Counted from the first letter of the stretch, positions 20,923-32,539 are shown. The stretch is 64,000 nt of DNA from a bacterium (GCA_965240335.1 CBDEKM010000008.1:46403-110402), one strand, 5' to 3'. Notes: generated from the letters alone by a model not told the origin. Numbers and translations: made by a program.

Positions 20923-22899
20923 TTATTCCCGGGATCCTTCTTCGATCCAGGCGATAACCTGCCGCATGTCGGCGGGACCGTTCTGGACCCTGAGCCGGTC
21001 TATGGCGTCGGCCGCACGGTACGCCGATTCCATTTCGTCGGCTTGGAACTTCGCGCCGGTGTTATGCAGATACAACTCGGCAGGCGTTGCCAGGGCAGCA
21101 GCCGAGGCCAGTCCCCCCAGTCGTCGGAGCACGGGTATGAACAGCTTCTCCTCGTACTCCCCATCGCTGTCCGTATCGAATTGATCGATATCGATCACGG
21201 CCCGAACGACCTGGGGACAGAGTCCGCAGGCCAAGAGGCACCAGGGTCCGGCCGCGCCGATGCCCATGAGCGACACGGAAGGACGTCCACTGGAACGCCG
21301 TAGCCAGGTCACGGCCGTAAGGATGTCCTGGACGCGGTGGGCGGTTACGGTTCGGTTGTAGGTGGAGAAATAGGCGTGTTTCCCAGTGTCCACTTCACCG
21401 ACCGCATTACCCGATTGGAAGACTTCCGCCACGAGTACCACCCGGCCATTTCCCAGCAGATGCTGAATCAATGGCAATGGGTCCAGCCCGTTTTTCTGGG
21501 TCAGGCCCGACACGCCGTCGGGATGGACGAGGAGCACGGCGCCTCGCGGCGTTCCGGATGGCCGAAACTCGGTAATGGGTACCCGGTCCCCATTGGACTT
21601 CCACCCGATGAAACCGGATTGCGTGGTACAGGAATCGGATTGGATCCTCCCCTGCAAGGTCACGACCAGATCGTTGTCCCGTGTGTCCGGCATGCCCACG
21701 ATCGAACGAAAACCGGCCGACATGACCTGCCGGTACCTGCGCAGAGACTTGGCGTCCACGGGTTTCATCTTATCCAGTTGTTTTCGGGCCCGTTCGATCC
21801 AACCGGTCGTCAGTCCTTCCTCGTCGACCCAGATATCCGGTGTAGCGTCAGGCGTAACCGCCAGCATGGTCTCCGTGGTTTCCACCTCAACGGGTTCATC
21901 TGCAAGCCGATCGCCGCTGTCCTTCCCCAGTACCCATCTGCCGAACCAGGTGTACACGGCCTCCCGGCTTGCCGCATTGTAATTGTGCCCAGCATCAATC
22001 TGCACTTCCTCCAGGTGTTCCTCGGCATCGTAGAGCGAATACACGGCCCGGATGGCCGGATACTCCAGTACGGGCGTATTGACCGTCCAGTCCCCGGTGG
22101 CCGATACCAGCAGCAGGGGCCGCGGCGCGGCAAGGGCGGCGATTTCCATGTTGTTCGTCTCGATTCGCAGATTGGGACCGTTTTCACAGATGCATCCACC
22201 CTGCATGTGACCGGAAACCATGTTGACCGGCGCTGCGGCCATCACCCGGTCGTCCACGGCGGTCAGCATAAACGTCTGGGTGCCGCCGCCGGAGGCGCCC
22301 GTACAGGCGATGCGGCCTGGGTCCACATCAGGCAGCGACACCAGAAAGTCGACTGAACGGATGCTGTTCCAGAGCTGCAGTCCCATGAGGCTGAGTCCCC
22401 AGAGCAGTTTCCGGTTATCGCCGAAGGACCGGTGCGCCAGTTGCGTACTGTCGTTGTAACCGGCCATGGACCAGGCGAATGCCACGTAACCCTGCCGGGC
22501 GAAATTAATGCACCGGGCCGGTATCGACCCCGCGGGTTCGTGGTTAAGACGTCCCTCCTGCCAGTGACCGTGGGGGTTCAGTATAGCGGGACCGGGCGCT
22601 GTCGCTCCGAGGGGACGGTACAGGTTGCCGGTCACGTAGAATCCGGGCAGGCTCTGGAATCGTATGTTTTCGATGCTGTAACCATTTCGCTCGACTCGAT
22701 GGGTTATCTCCGCGTTCAACGCGGTTTTTGAGGGGTTCGGCCAGAGCCCCATGCTGACCAGGATATGTTCCCGGAGCGCCCGTGCCCGTTTCTCCCATGC
22801 TTCCTTCGTGGCCGGGGCGACGAATTCGCAAGGGAGGTCCAGGTGGCGGATTTCCGTCCTGCGACGATCGACAGGCGGCAGGGGGTCGAGACTGAACAT
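20923..22899 (-). CDS. Two-domain alpha/beta hydrolase (acetylxylan esterase-like)
   Basis: FYVTGNLYRP, PHGHW, GASGGG nucleophile elbow, CICEN. Confidence 0.8.
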   Translation of the reverse strand: MFSLDPLPPVDRRRTEIRHLDLPCEFVAPATKEAWEKRARALREHILVSMGLWPNPSKTALNAEITHRVERNGYSIENIRFQSLPGFYVTGNLYRPLGATAPGPAILNPHGHWQEGRLNHEPAGSIPARCINFARQGYVAFAWSMAGYNDSTQLAHRSFGDNRKLLWGLSLMGLQLWNSIRSVDFLVSLPDVDPGRIACTGASGGGTQTFMLTAVDDRVMAAAPVNMVSGHMQGGCICENGPNLRIETNNMEIAALAAPRPLLLVSATGDWTVNTPVLEYPAIRAVYSLYDAEEHLEEVQIDAGHNYNAASREAVYTWFGRWVLGKDSGDRLADEPVEVETTETMLAVTPDATPDIWVDEEGLTTGWIERARKQLDKMKPVDAKSLRRYRQVMSAGFRSIVGMPDTRDNDLVVTLQGRIQSDSCTTQSGFIGWKSNGDRVPITEFRPSGTPRGAVLLVHPDGVSGLTQKNGLDPLPLIQHLLGNGRVVLVAEVFQSGNAVGEVDTGKHAYFSTYNRTVTAHRVQDILTAVTWLRRSSGRPSVSLMGIGAAGPWCLLACGLCPQVVRAVIDIDQFDTDSDGEYEEKLFIPVLRRLGGLASAAALATPAELYLHNTGAKFQADEMESAYRAADAIDRLRVQNGPADMRQVIAWIEEGSRE

Positions 22900-22960
22900 G
22901 GCGGGCTCCGTTAAGACAGCAGAATTTCGATTCCACAAGGGTGGGAAGTCTATTTGATGG

Positions 22961-23891
22961 TCAAGACACGATCCAGGGAGCGGACGGCTGCTGATAGTCC
23001 GCGCCAGCGGGCGGCAAGAACTGCCTGAGGTGCCGGCCTCCGAGGGCGAAACCGGCCAGGCCGGGCATGCCCCGGTCTTCGTTCTCGACGCAGAGGACGT
23101 AGTCGTAGCCTGATTCCACCAGGGCGCCGATGACGGTCCCCCAGTTAAGTTGTCCGCGTCCCGGGACCCGGTACTGCCACCACGAGTTTCCAATGATCCC
23201 CTGGCGGAACAGCATGTGCCTGCTTACCTCGGCATCCTTCACGTCCGCGTACACCCACTTGCCCGCGAACATGCGGATGGCGTCCTCGGCGGGCAGGATC
23301 ATCATCCAGAGCCAGTGGGACGGATCGCAGGAGAGACCGAGATGATCGGATGGGACGGCGTCCAATACCCGCTTCCCACATCTCCGGGTTGCATGCTATG
23401 TTGCCCATGCGTACCGCGCCGTCCAGGGCGATGGTGACGCCCCGGTCTTCAGCCAGTCTCACGATGGGTTCGAAGCGCTCCCTGAACCGGTCCACCAGTT
23501 CCAGTGACCGGTCGCCCGGGTTGCCGGGCGGTGACGAATACTGTCCGTAGAAATGCCAGCCAACCGGACTGCCGGCGTGGGTGACGACCACCGGCGCGCC
23601 GAGCACCGAGGCCGCCATGATGGACTTGCGCAGGCGGTCTTCCCCGGCGTCCGCCAGTTCAGGGTCGTCGTCCAGGAGATTGTTGTGGGCCGACAGTGCG
23701 GCGAGATAGATGCCGTATTTCTTCAGGGTGGCGCTTACCGCATCGGGTCCTTCCGCGAGCACCCGGTCCGGATCGACGGCGCCGCCGGCCGAAAGCCGTA
23801 CGGCGTCGAAACCGTTTTCCTTCGCCCACCGGGCACACTCATCCAGGGACCAGGCATCCCCTCCCGCGCTCGTGAAGAAACTTATGTCCAT
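22961..23891 (-). CDS. Sugar phosphate isomerase/epimerase, frameshift near 23370
   Basis: ORFs 23145..23891 and 22961..23365 join: DPSH.LW, VKD, YRVPGRG.LNW, VENED. Confidence 0.75.
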
Positions 23892-23899
23892 GCGGTGCC

Positions 23900-24262
23900 C
23901 TACCCTGTCGCAGTATCGTAACGATCCGTCGGTGTTTTTACCAGATGCAGGGAGGGGATGTAACCTTCCTTCTCGACGTAGTAGTGCGCGGTCTCATGGC
24001 ATCCAGGCGCCTTGGTACCATCGAAGACATTGATCGTGAAGTCGTCGCTGTTCGGACCATCGCTGCCGTGTTCGTACCCCGCGGGAATCATCCAGACGTC
24101 TCCCGCTTCCAGTACGAATTCCTCCCGGTTTCCGTCGTGGTCCACCCAGTAGGAAGTACCAGTGCCCTCTAGGATCAACCAGGTTTCGTCATGGTCGTGA
24201 AAGTGCTTCTCGCAGGTGGGCAGGGCGAAGCCGCTTTTAAAAAGGGCCTTGTGGAGGGCCAT
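23900..24262 (-). CDS. Cupin domain protein
   Basis: HFHDHDE.W.ILEG and GDVWMIPAGYEH cupin motifs. Confidence 0.8.
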   Translation of the reverse strand: MALHKALFKSGFALPTCEKHFHDHDETWLILEGTGTSYWVDHDGNREEFVLEAGDVWMIPAGYEHGSDGPNSDDFTINVFDGTKAPGCHETAHYYVEKEGYIPSLHLVKTPTDRYDTATG

Positions 24263-24986
24263 TCGGGGAGTCCTTTCATTGGGGCTGGTCTGTGCTTGGG
24301 TCTACATTGTGACGTTTTCCACAATTAATCTATCGATGGAGTACATACGTCACAATGAAACCGTATGGAATATGCCGTTAATGGGTTGAATTCGTGCTAA
24401 CAGTCCGGTATACTTGGGAGTACATTCCAAGTGAAATGGACATTAACCGTGGTTAATTAAGGTCCGGATAATCCCAAAGGATCGTATTGCGTCATTACGA
24501 ACGAAGTTTTGATATCCTCCTTGAAATTTAACCAGCACAGTACTTGAGTCCATCGTCCGAACTCTCGATCAGAAAGATACCAATAGATGCGTTTGTTTCC
24601 TACAGTAGTGTGTTGCTTTAATAGAATGAAGATACTAAGGAAAAAGATGAACAATCAACCTGTAAAATCGATCGATACCTCGACTGTTTATTAGAGGACA
24701 GCTCGTACTGCGACGATCTGCAAGCATAACAATACCCTACTAGAGCCAGACAAGAACTGTCTCAAGAATCTAATCATTCTCTGTTAGATTGATGTTTGAG
24801 TAGCAGTGTGCAAGACTAACAAGATAGTACCGTATCGATGTATAGCCATATTAGTCTTTCGTCGTAATGTACATCGCACGCCAGTTCGGTGTTTATAAGG
24901 TAAAGCGCTTTTTGGTTAGATCATTGAAGAGAACTTTTCTCACGACCAATTGAAATTCCTTAAGTGTACTTGAAACACACTAACAA

Positions 24987-26105
24987 ATGGGGGATTTAAA
25001 GATGGTTGACCCCACAGAGGGTACCGACAGGGGCGATCGGTTTGTCAATCCCGCGGAACTCCATTTGGATTTGAGCAATCCTCGGGTTACTGAGTCCGAT
25101 TTCGTGGATGAGGATGCAGTACTAGAATACCTTATCGATCATGTAGACATAGACGAATTGATACAGTCTATCCTGGGCTCAGGTTGGCTGGATTACGAGC
25201 CGTTGATTGTTTTAGAAGGCACCAATGTCGTCTTGGAAGGGAATCGTCGATTAGCCGCACTTCGGATTCTCTCCGATCACGGGCTACGCGAAAGGCTTAA
25301 GATCGACATCCCTTCCAAACCTAGCTTGGATTCACTACCACAACAAATCCGCGTACATCACGTCAAATCGCGAGAAGAGGCACGTAGTTTTATCGGTTTT
25401 AAGCATATCAATGGACCGTATAAATGGGATGCATTGGCAAAAGCAAAATATGCAGTAGAGTGGCTGGATGACGGAGAAGATATCAAGCAGATCAGCCGTC
25501 GGTTGGGGGACAATCACAATACAGTAATTCGATTGGTAAACGGCTGGCGTGTATTGTCCCAGAGTTACACTACTGGTTTTGATCGATCCGAAACGACAAA
25601 GAAGTCCTTTCCCTTTTCACACCTCTACACTGCTCTAGCTCGTCCAAATGTTCGGCGGTACCTTCAATTGCCTGAGACTGACAGGTCCGAGGTTTTGACA
25701 AGAAACCCTGTACCGTCAGATGCCACCCAGAATCTGCGACGCTTGATGTCATGGCTATACGGTCAGAAGGACGAACCCTCGGTAATAACAAGCCAGAATC
25801 CGGATTTGAATCACCTTGTAGAAGTCCTTGGGCACGAGACAGCGCGAACGATGCTTGAAGCTAGGCGGGATTTAAATACTGCATATAGCGAAGTAGAAGA
25901 CAAAACCTTAAAGTTTGGTCACTCGTTAATGCTGACAATAGCGCAAGCCGAAGAAACCTTGAAGTTGGTAGGAAACTTTGATCGTCGTGCAGATCTCATG
26001 ATAGCAGTAGACAACCTTCGTCGTACCATATTGTCACTTCACGGCGCAATGAAAGCGGAAATTGAACGTGCCGAGGAAGGAGACACGGGCGATGCCGATC
26101 AATAG
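24987..26105 (+). CDS. ParB/Srx-like N-terminal domain protein
   Basis: LDLSNPR, EPLIV...VVLEGNRRLAAL core, followed by HTH-like segment (IKQISRRLG). Confidence 0.75.
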   Translation: MGDLKMVDPTEGTDRGDRFVNPAELHLDLSNPRVTESDFVDEDAVLEYLIDHVDIDELIQSILGSGWLDYEPLIVLEGTNVVLEGNRRLAALRILSDHGLRERLKIDIPSKPSLDSLPQQIRVHHVKSREEARSFIGFKHINGPYKWDALAKAKYAVEWLDDGEDIKQISRRLGDNHNTVIRLVNGWRVLSQSYTTGFDRSETTKKSFPFSHLYTALARPNVRRYLQLPETDRSEVLTRNPVPSDATQNLRRLMSWLYGQKDEPSVITSQNPDLNHLVEVLGHETARTMLEARRDLNTAYSEVEDKTLKFGHSLMLTIAQAEETLKLVGNFDRRADLMIAVDNLRRTILSLHGAMKAEIERAEEGDTGDADQ

Positions 26106-27144
26106 CCCGCAGATAAGTGACACCCGCAGTCGGCTCGCAGATTGGATTGAGATTCGAAGCCTCATCAAATCTAGACAGGTGGCAACTCGGGCGGACTTCG
26201 GCGGCCTGTGGGATATTCTCGACGACAATGGTCGTGCAGTCGAAGTCGAGCCGGAAACCGGAGAAAGTTTGGAAACCGAGATACTTGAATATGAGCGTTT
26301 CCTATCAACTGATCAGGTCATTGATGAGTTGGAGTTTAGAGCAGATGTGCTGAAAGACCATTACCCCTTTGAGCTTAACGTAAAGGGCCAAGATTGGAGC
26401 TTGTCACCCGCTCCGGATACACATGATCCGGTAACCGAGGCGGCCCGGCTATCTTATCAATTTTGTCTATTGATCAGTGCGATCCGAGATGGCAGACTAC
26501 CCGCTGATGACCCAACCACATTAAGAAATGCGATTCCTCACCTATTTCAGCTGATTTCGGCCACAGCAGCTGGTGGTGTGCTTGGAGGACAAGTTGTATC
26601 CTTTGGTTGGCCGAGGCAAGACGGGTCGGCGTTCCTTTCAGCATTGGCTGAGGTAAGTAAGAAACTAAGATTAGGTAAACCATTGACGATAGTTCCCCTC
26701 TGGTCGACGGGACAAGAGAAGGATGCTGGCATTGACGTCATCGCTTGGAGTGATTTTGCCGATAAACGGCCGGGTAAGTTCGTACTATTCGGTCAGGTGG
26801 CTTCAGGAAATGACTGGACCGAGAAGACCGTAAAGAACGCTATGCCACGCTTTCTAAATTGGTTCTCGGAACGCCCAACGGAACATTTTATCCATGCCAT
26901 ATTCATTCCCTTCCCACAACATCACGACTGCGCGGGGCGTCGTGATAAGGCCTTTGAGAGTATTGCTGTTGCCGAAGCTTGGTCCAGAGAGCAGGAGTTC
27001 GGGCTTGTGATCGACCGTCTGCGCTTAGTAGGTGCTGTCGCACAGCGGCTCGTTAATTTTAAGCACCCAGATGGAGATGAAACACTGGCTACTGTGAAAG
27101 ATTGGATTTCAGATGCACTCACTGTGGCAAGGGCACAGGCATGA
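26092..27144 (+). CDS. Hypothetical protein with putative PD-(D/E)XK restriction-endonuclease-like motif
   Basis: KDAGIDVIAW...FGQVASG.DW resembles a D...D...QxK-type nuclease core; GAAGGAG RBS, overlaps the previous stop. Confidence 0.55.
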   Translation: MPINSPQISDTRSRLADWIEIRSLIKSRQVATRADFGGLWDILDDNGRAVEVEPETGESLETEILEYERFLSTDQVIDELEFRADVLKDHYPFELNVKGQDWSLSPAPDTHDPVTEAARLSYQFCLLISAIRDGRLPADDPTTLRNAIPHLFQLISATAAGGVLGGQVVSFGWPRQDGSAFLSALAEVSKKLRLGKPLTIVPLWSTGQEKDAGIDVIAWSDFADKRPGKFVLFGQVASGNDWTEKTVKNAMPRFLNWFSERPTEHFIHAIFIPFPQHHDCAGRRDKAFESIAVAEAWSREQEFGLVIDRLRLVGAVAQRLVNFKHPDGDETLATVKDWISDALTVARAQA

Positions 27145-28255
27145 GCAGACGACATCCTTTCCATTCGATCTGTCCATACTTTGCGATGTTCCCAGAACAG
27201 TTCGTGGAACAGCAACTCCTGAATTTCACATCTCAAGGCGACCTAGTCTTCGATCCGTTCTGCGGGAGAGGAACGACAGTGTTCGAAAGCTTGTTGAAGG
27301 GTCGAAGGGCTGTAGGTTCCGACGTCAATCCAGTCGCGGTGTGTGTTTCGTCGGCTAAGGCAGCAGCTCCTAAGCTAACCGACATTGCCACAAGGATCGA
27401 TACATTGAAAGAAGAGTTCCACAGCGATGCGGAAGATCGAGGTGTTCCCACTTCATTTTTTGAGGTGTGCTTTGAGAGAAAAACCCTTGAAGAGATACTT
27501 TTCCTTAGGGATGCATTGAATTGGCGGGCCAACGCAGTCGACTGCTTTATCGCAGCAGTCATGCTAGGGATCCTACACGGTGAACCCGAATCGTTCGAGT
27601 TATTGTCTTAGCAATCGAATGCCGCGAACTATCAGCACCAAGCCGAACTACTCAGTGCGCTGGTGGAATCAAAGAAGTCTTATACCGCCTAGGCGCCCGG
27701 TTTTCGATACGCTTCGGCGAGCTATAGCGTTTCGTTATAGACTTCCACCCGCAGAAACCAAAGGTGTCGTTCGGCTTTCGGATGCACGCGAAGCAGCTTC
27801 GACTTTTAGTGAGTTTGCAGGCCAAGTACAGCTTGTTGTCACGTCGCCGCCATACCTCAATACCACTGATTACGCCGAGGATCAATGGTTAAGGTTGTGG
27901 TTCTTGGGCGGCAAGCCTCGACCTGAATTGCGCAGAAATCGAGATGACCGGCTTACTCGAACTGAGGAATATCGGGCATTCTTGGAGGGGTCTTGGTCCG
28001 GTATTGCTTCGCTATTGGCCGACGACGCAACCATCGTGATTCGCATCGGAGGGTACAAAGCTGTCCAAGAAAGAACTGTTCACAATGGTGACTTTCACCT
28101 TATGTGCGGCCTTTAATGTCCATGTTGTAGATCCTTTGCATGAGGGTTTAACATCGACTATTCGTCCCGGCGAAACTGCTGCTTTTCGATCTGCTCCGCC
28201 ACATCCTAGGGTCGAGCACGACTTTGTTTACCGGTTGTCAAGGCGTAAAGGCTAG
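27141..28255 (+). CDS. N4-cytosine/N6-adenine DNA methyltransferase (two indels, ~27585 and ~28052)
   Basis: YFAMFP, motif I DPFCGRGTT, motif IV TSPPY; ATGA overlap with upstream gene; frame-corrected end ...EHDFVYRLSRRKG*. Confidence 0.8.
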
Positions 28256-28586
28256 TTTCCTGACGATCAATGTTCTAATACCGCTGGTAAAGTCTGGTGC
28301 AATGCGTTATCGATACAGACCAACCTGTACCTAATTCTGCATTCACTAGAAGACAGATTTACACCGAAGTAACTGGATGCAGTCTGGCTGCAGACATTAT
28401 CTTCCTAAACAAAACTCCTTAAGATAAAGTTGTTTACGTCATTCGGGTTTACTGTCATCAAGGTCTGAACAACCGCATAACTTCGATTAGAGTTGCCGAA
28501 AGAATCCCGTATACTTACCATGCCACGCCTGTAGAATTCTGTGGCTACAACCCACACCGCAGGATGGTGTTGACTGGAGCCAAGAA

Positions 28587-29531
28587 ATGCCAGACGCCTT
28601 TACACTACGTATGTTCGTGCCAGATGGTGACCCAGGAGGAGTAAGGTTCATCGACCGAATGAATTGGACAGGTCTAGGTATCGTATTCCCACGATCGAAG
28701 TGGTCCGAGGTTAAGAGTCGGGTTGAATTCGCTCGAACGGGCGTTTACATCTTGACTGGCTACAGCGAGGGAGACGATGAACTCCTCACGGTTTATGTGG
28801 GTCAAGCAGACGGTATCAAAAACCGGATTGATTCCCACGCATTAAATAAAGATTTCTGGGATACGGGGATTGTATTCGTATCAAACAGCGGCGGTGGGCT
28901 CAATCGAGCACATGTGACATGGTTAGAGTATGCACTGGTTGCCCGGGCACACGAAATGAAGCGCTGTAAAATCGGTAATGGCAATGCCCCACAGGAACCC
29001 GCTTTAAGCGAAGCAGAGAAGGCGGACATTCAAGCATTCCTGCGTGAAATCTTGCAGATACTGCCGCTGGTTGGACTCAGGGTGTTTGATGTGCCTCGCG
29101 CGGTGGCTACACCAACAGTGTCGACCAAGTCGACACTAAAGCAGAAGGGCCTTTTGAATACGGTCGTTGTGCCGGCCCAGCAAGAAGGATTTGAAAACGT
29201 GTTCTTGGAAAAGGATTGCTGGTACGCGATTCGAATTTCTGGCGGCATGTTGGACAAGATCGAGTACGTAGCCGCCTATCAAACGAATCCTGTATCAGCA
29301 ATCACACACTATGCACCTGTCAGTCACATTGAGCCTTATGGAGAGAGTGGAAAGTACAGGTTGGTATTCTCTGAGAAGGCTAAAGCGGTCGGCCCGATTA
29401 AATACGGTAATTCGCCTAAGGGAACGATGCAAGGTCCGAGATACACAACAATAGATCGATTGTTGAAGTCCAAAACACTAAGTGAGCTTTTTGTGAAGAA
29501 AACGTCGACTACAGTCAACGGCAGCAATTAG
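28587..29531 (+). CDS. GIY-YIG nuclease with C-terminal aromatic beta-rich accessory domain
   Basis: GVYIL...VYVGQ..(R), KDFW, HVTWLE; C-terminal WYAIRI..YVAAYQ..ITHYA. Confidence 0.8.
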   Translation: MPDAFTLRMFVPDGDPGGVRFIDRMNWTGLGIVFPRSKWSEVKSRVEFARTGVYILTGYSEGDDELLTVYVGQADGIKNRIDSHALNKDFWDTGIVFVSNSGGGLNRAHVTWLEYALVARAHEMKRCKIGNGNAPQEPALSEAEKADIQAFLREILQILPLVGLRVFDVPRAVATPTVSTKSTLKQKGLLNTVVVPAQQEGFENVFLEKDCWYAIRISGGMLDKIEYVAAYQTNPVSAITHYAPVSHIEPYGESGKYRLVFSEKAKAVGPIKYGNSPKGTMQGPRYTTIDRLLKSKTLSELFVKKTSTTVNGSN

Positions 29532-29992
29532 TTACCTTCTACAGAAGTTACTCCGTATAGTTCTTACAGGAAATTCGTGAAGGATTCCCAATTAAATGTG
29601 ACTTAATCATCAGATAATGAAAGATCCCCTACGAAAGTGGAATCGCCTTTACACACCAACTGAGCTACCCTTGGTTTTATCATGAGCAAGCTACAGTTCG
29701 TTTAGTAAACAGATTAGATGAATACCTTAGATTGGAGCCACGTTTTCTCGTTTAACAGACCGTGCATGTATCGTTCACATAGAAGTAGAGAATACAGTTA
29801 GCAGACTGGATGACACTACTCTCCTCATGTTTACACCTCGCATCTCGGGTTCAGTTAAATTACGAGGCGGAACTCGTAAGAACTTGTGATGTTAGGACTG
29901 GGTTCGGACCCGGTGGGTGTATATAGGAAGTTGAGAATACTCTATGCCATTCGTTTAAGCAGTCTAATGACGTAAAATCCATATCCGAATCA

Positions 29993-32504
29993 ATGTCATT
30001 TGACCGGAATACCCCACCCATGGCAGACTACCAACCCCTTGACCTGTCGACATTGTGTAATGCAGGGCTTGAAGTCCTGAGCGAAAAGACCAACGCCCCC
30101 ATTGGTGAACAGTCCTTTCGCGGTCTGCCATTCCGGATAAACGACGAAAGTTCGAACTGCTTCATCGCGCTAGATGGGGCTTCGGGCAGTGTGACTATCC
30201 CCATCAACAGTTCCGCAACGGGATTGATTATTGCCCATCGCCTGCTGGAATCCGACCTGATGGAAGGCGGACCGCTGGGGATCCCCGTCGCGGATTACGT
30301 ATTCCGCATAGAGGGAGGCGATGAGATCCGCGTTCCCATCCGCGAACGGTTCGAAATTGCCCACATATCTTTGGGTGGAAAGCCTTTCGTCGCGCTCCCG
30401 GACCACGGTCAACTGCTGATGCGGCGTTACGAGGGGCATTGGTCCAACATGGGCCGGCGTCAGACGGAAGTTACGGGAGACTATTCCAAGGGATACTTCC
30501 TCTGGGCCTGGCGGAACCCTCACCCGGACCGCGAGATCGAATCGCTTGAGGTTGTTCCGGCCGGTCCGGCCGGCCCCCGATTCATCATCGCAGGGCTCAC
30601 TATTTCCCATGCGAACGAACATCCCTTCGTGCGCCAGGGGAAGCGCGAAGCGCGCCTGGTGCTCACCGATCCCGAAGACGCGGAAAAACCCTTTGACCTG
30701 AGTGTGAAGGTGGACCGGGGAACGGCGACCTATGTGCATCCCCTGCCCGAGGCTTCGGCCGATGATTTCGTCGACGATGATTTCGCCGGCTGGGGAGAAG
30801 CCCAGAATCCGAAGTCGAGCCCGGCCTACGTGGAGGTGGCTGCCATTCCGTCCGCGACGGTTACGGTAAAGCAGGGCGAGGAAAAAGTCGGCGAGGTCAA
30901 GTGGGGAGACGTCGAGCAGAAGAAGGTGGTCGAAACCCCTCGCATGCGCATTGAACTCCTCGACCGGGGCCGAAACTGGGTGAACGTCAACGTCCTCGAC
31001 GACGACACCGGCCGACCCGTGCCCTGCCGCGTCCATTTTCGCTCACCGGAAGGCATTCCCTACCAGCCCTATGGTCATCACAACCAGGTCAACTCCAACC
31101 TGGATACCTGGCATGTCGACATCGGCGGGGATCTTCGGCTTGGCCAGATCACCTACGCCTACATCGACGGTAAGTGCCAGGGGTGGCTGCCGCGCGGCGA
31201 GGTCATTGTCGACGTGGCACGGGGATTCGAGTACGAGCCGCTGCGGACCAGGGTGAAGATCGAACCGGGACAGCAGGAATTGAACCTTCGCCTGAAGCGC
31301 TGGGTCAACATGAACGCGCAGGGTTGGTATAGCGGAGATTCACACGTACATTTCCTCTCGACCCAGGGCAGCCATACGGAATCCCAGGGAGAGGACCTCA
31401 ACGTCGTGAACCTGCTCCCTTCGCAGTGGGGGAATCTCTTCACGAATACGGAGGATTTCACGGGCCGGCCGAGTATCTCGCAGGACGGGAACAACATCGT
31501 GTACGTGGGCCAGGAGAACCGGCAGCACTTCCTGGGCCATCTGATCCTCTGGGGCCTAAAGGAGCCGGTGATGCCATGGTGCAGCGACGGCCCGGGTGAA
31601 TCCGAGATGGGGCGGGACGCTGGAAATCACGATGAGCGACTGGGCGGACCAGTGCCACGCGCAGGGTGGCTCGGTCATCATCCCCCATCTGCCGAACCCG
31701 AACGGCGAACCCGCGGCACTGATCGCCACCGGCCGCGTCGACGGGGTGGAGATGTTGCGTCACGCTCCGTTCAATCATACCGAATACTACCGCTACCTCA
31801 ACTGCGGCTACAAGTTGCCGCTGGTGGGCGGCACGGACAAGATGAGCAGCGACGTGCCCGTAGGTCTCTACCGAACCTACGCCTACATGCCCGACCAGGA
31901 ATTCACCTATGACAACTGGTGCAAGAGTGTCGCGCAGGGGCGGACCTTCCACAGCGGCGGTCCCATCATCCATCTGAACGTGGAAGGACATCAAGTCGGC
32001 GATACCGTGCAACTGTCGGGTGCCGGTACGGTGGAAGTCGAAGCCTGGTCGGAGAGTATCTTCCCGATCCATACCCTGGAGATCGTCCAGGGAGGGCGGG
32101 TCGTGGCCTCCACGGAAGACCGCAACGGCACGCGGCGGCTTGAATTGAAGGCCCACGTGCGTGTCGACGGGCACACCTGGCTGGCCGCGAGATGCGCGGG
32201 TCCGGATTATACCAGCGTACCCCATCACGATGGCTGGGGACGGGGGATATTCGCCCACACCTCGCCGATTTACATCGCCTGCGGCGGCGAGTGGTGGATG
32301 TTCGATTCGGATGCCGCCCAGTACATGCTCACCCTCATCGACGGCGACCTGCAGTACATCCGCCGGACCGCGGCGAGGCACGAACCGGGCACGGCGACGC
32401 ACCACCACGGCGAGGAAGATCATCTCGCCTACCTGGAGCGTCCCTTCATAGAAGCGCAGAAAGCGATTCATCAAAGGATGCATCAACTGGGTATACCGCA
32501 TTAG
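29993..32504 (+). CDS. CehA/McbA family PHP-like metallohydrolase, frameshift near 31610
   Basis: GWYSGDSHVH, YYRYLNCG..LP.VGGTD, AHTSPIY; two overlapping ORFs join. Confidence 0.75.
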
Positions 32505-32539
32505 CCCATTCAATATCTGAAGAACCTGGGGAGAAAACT

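Noticed and set aside
24812-24858. 8-bp inverted repeat AAGACTAA/TTAGTCTT and small hairpins at 29860-29914
   Set aside because: Short enough to arise by chance in AT-rich DNA, with no supporting context.
28256-28586. Integron attC sites between island genes
   Set aside because: No convincing RYYYAAC...GTTRRRY imperfect palindrome and no integrase.
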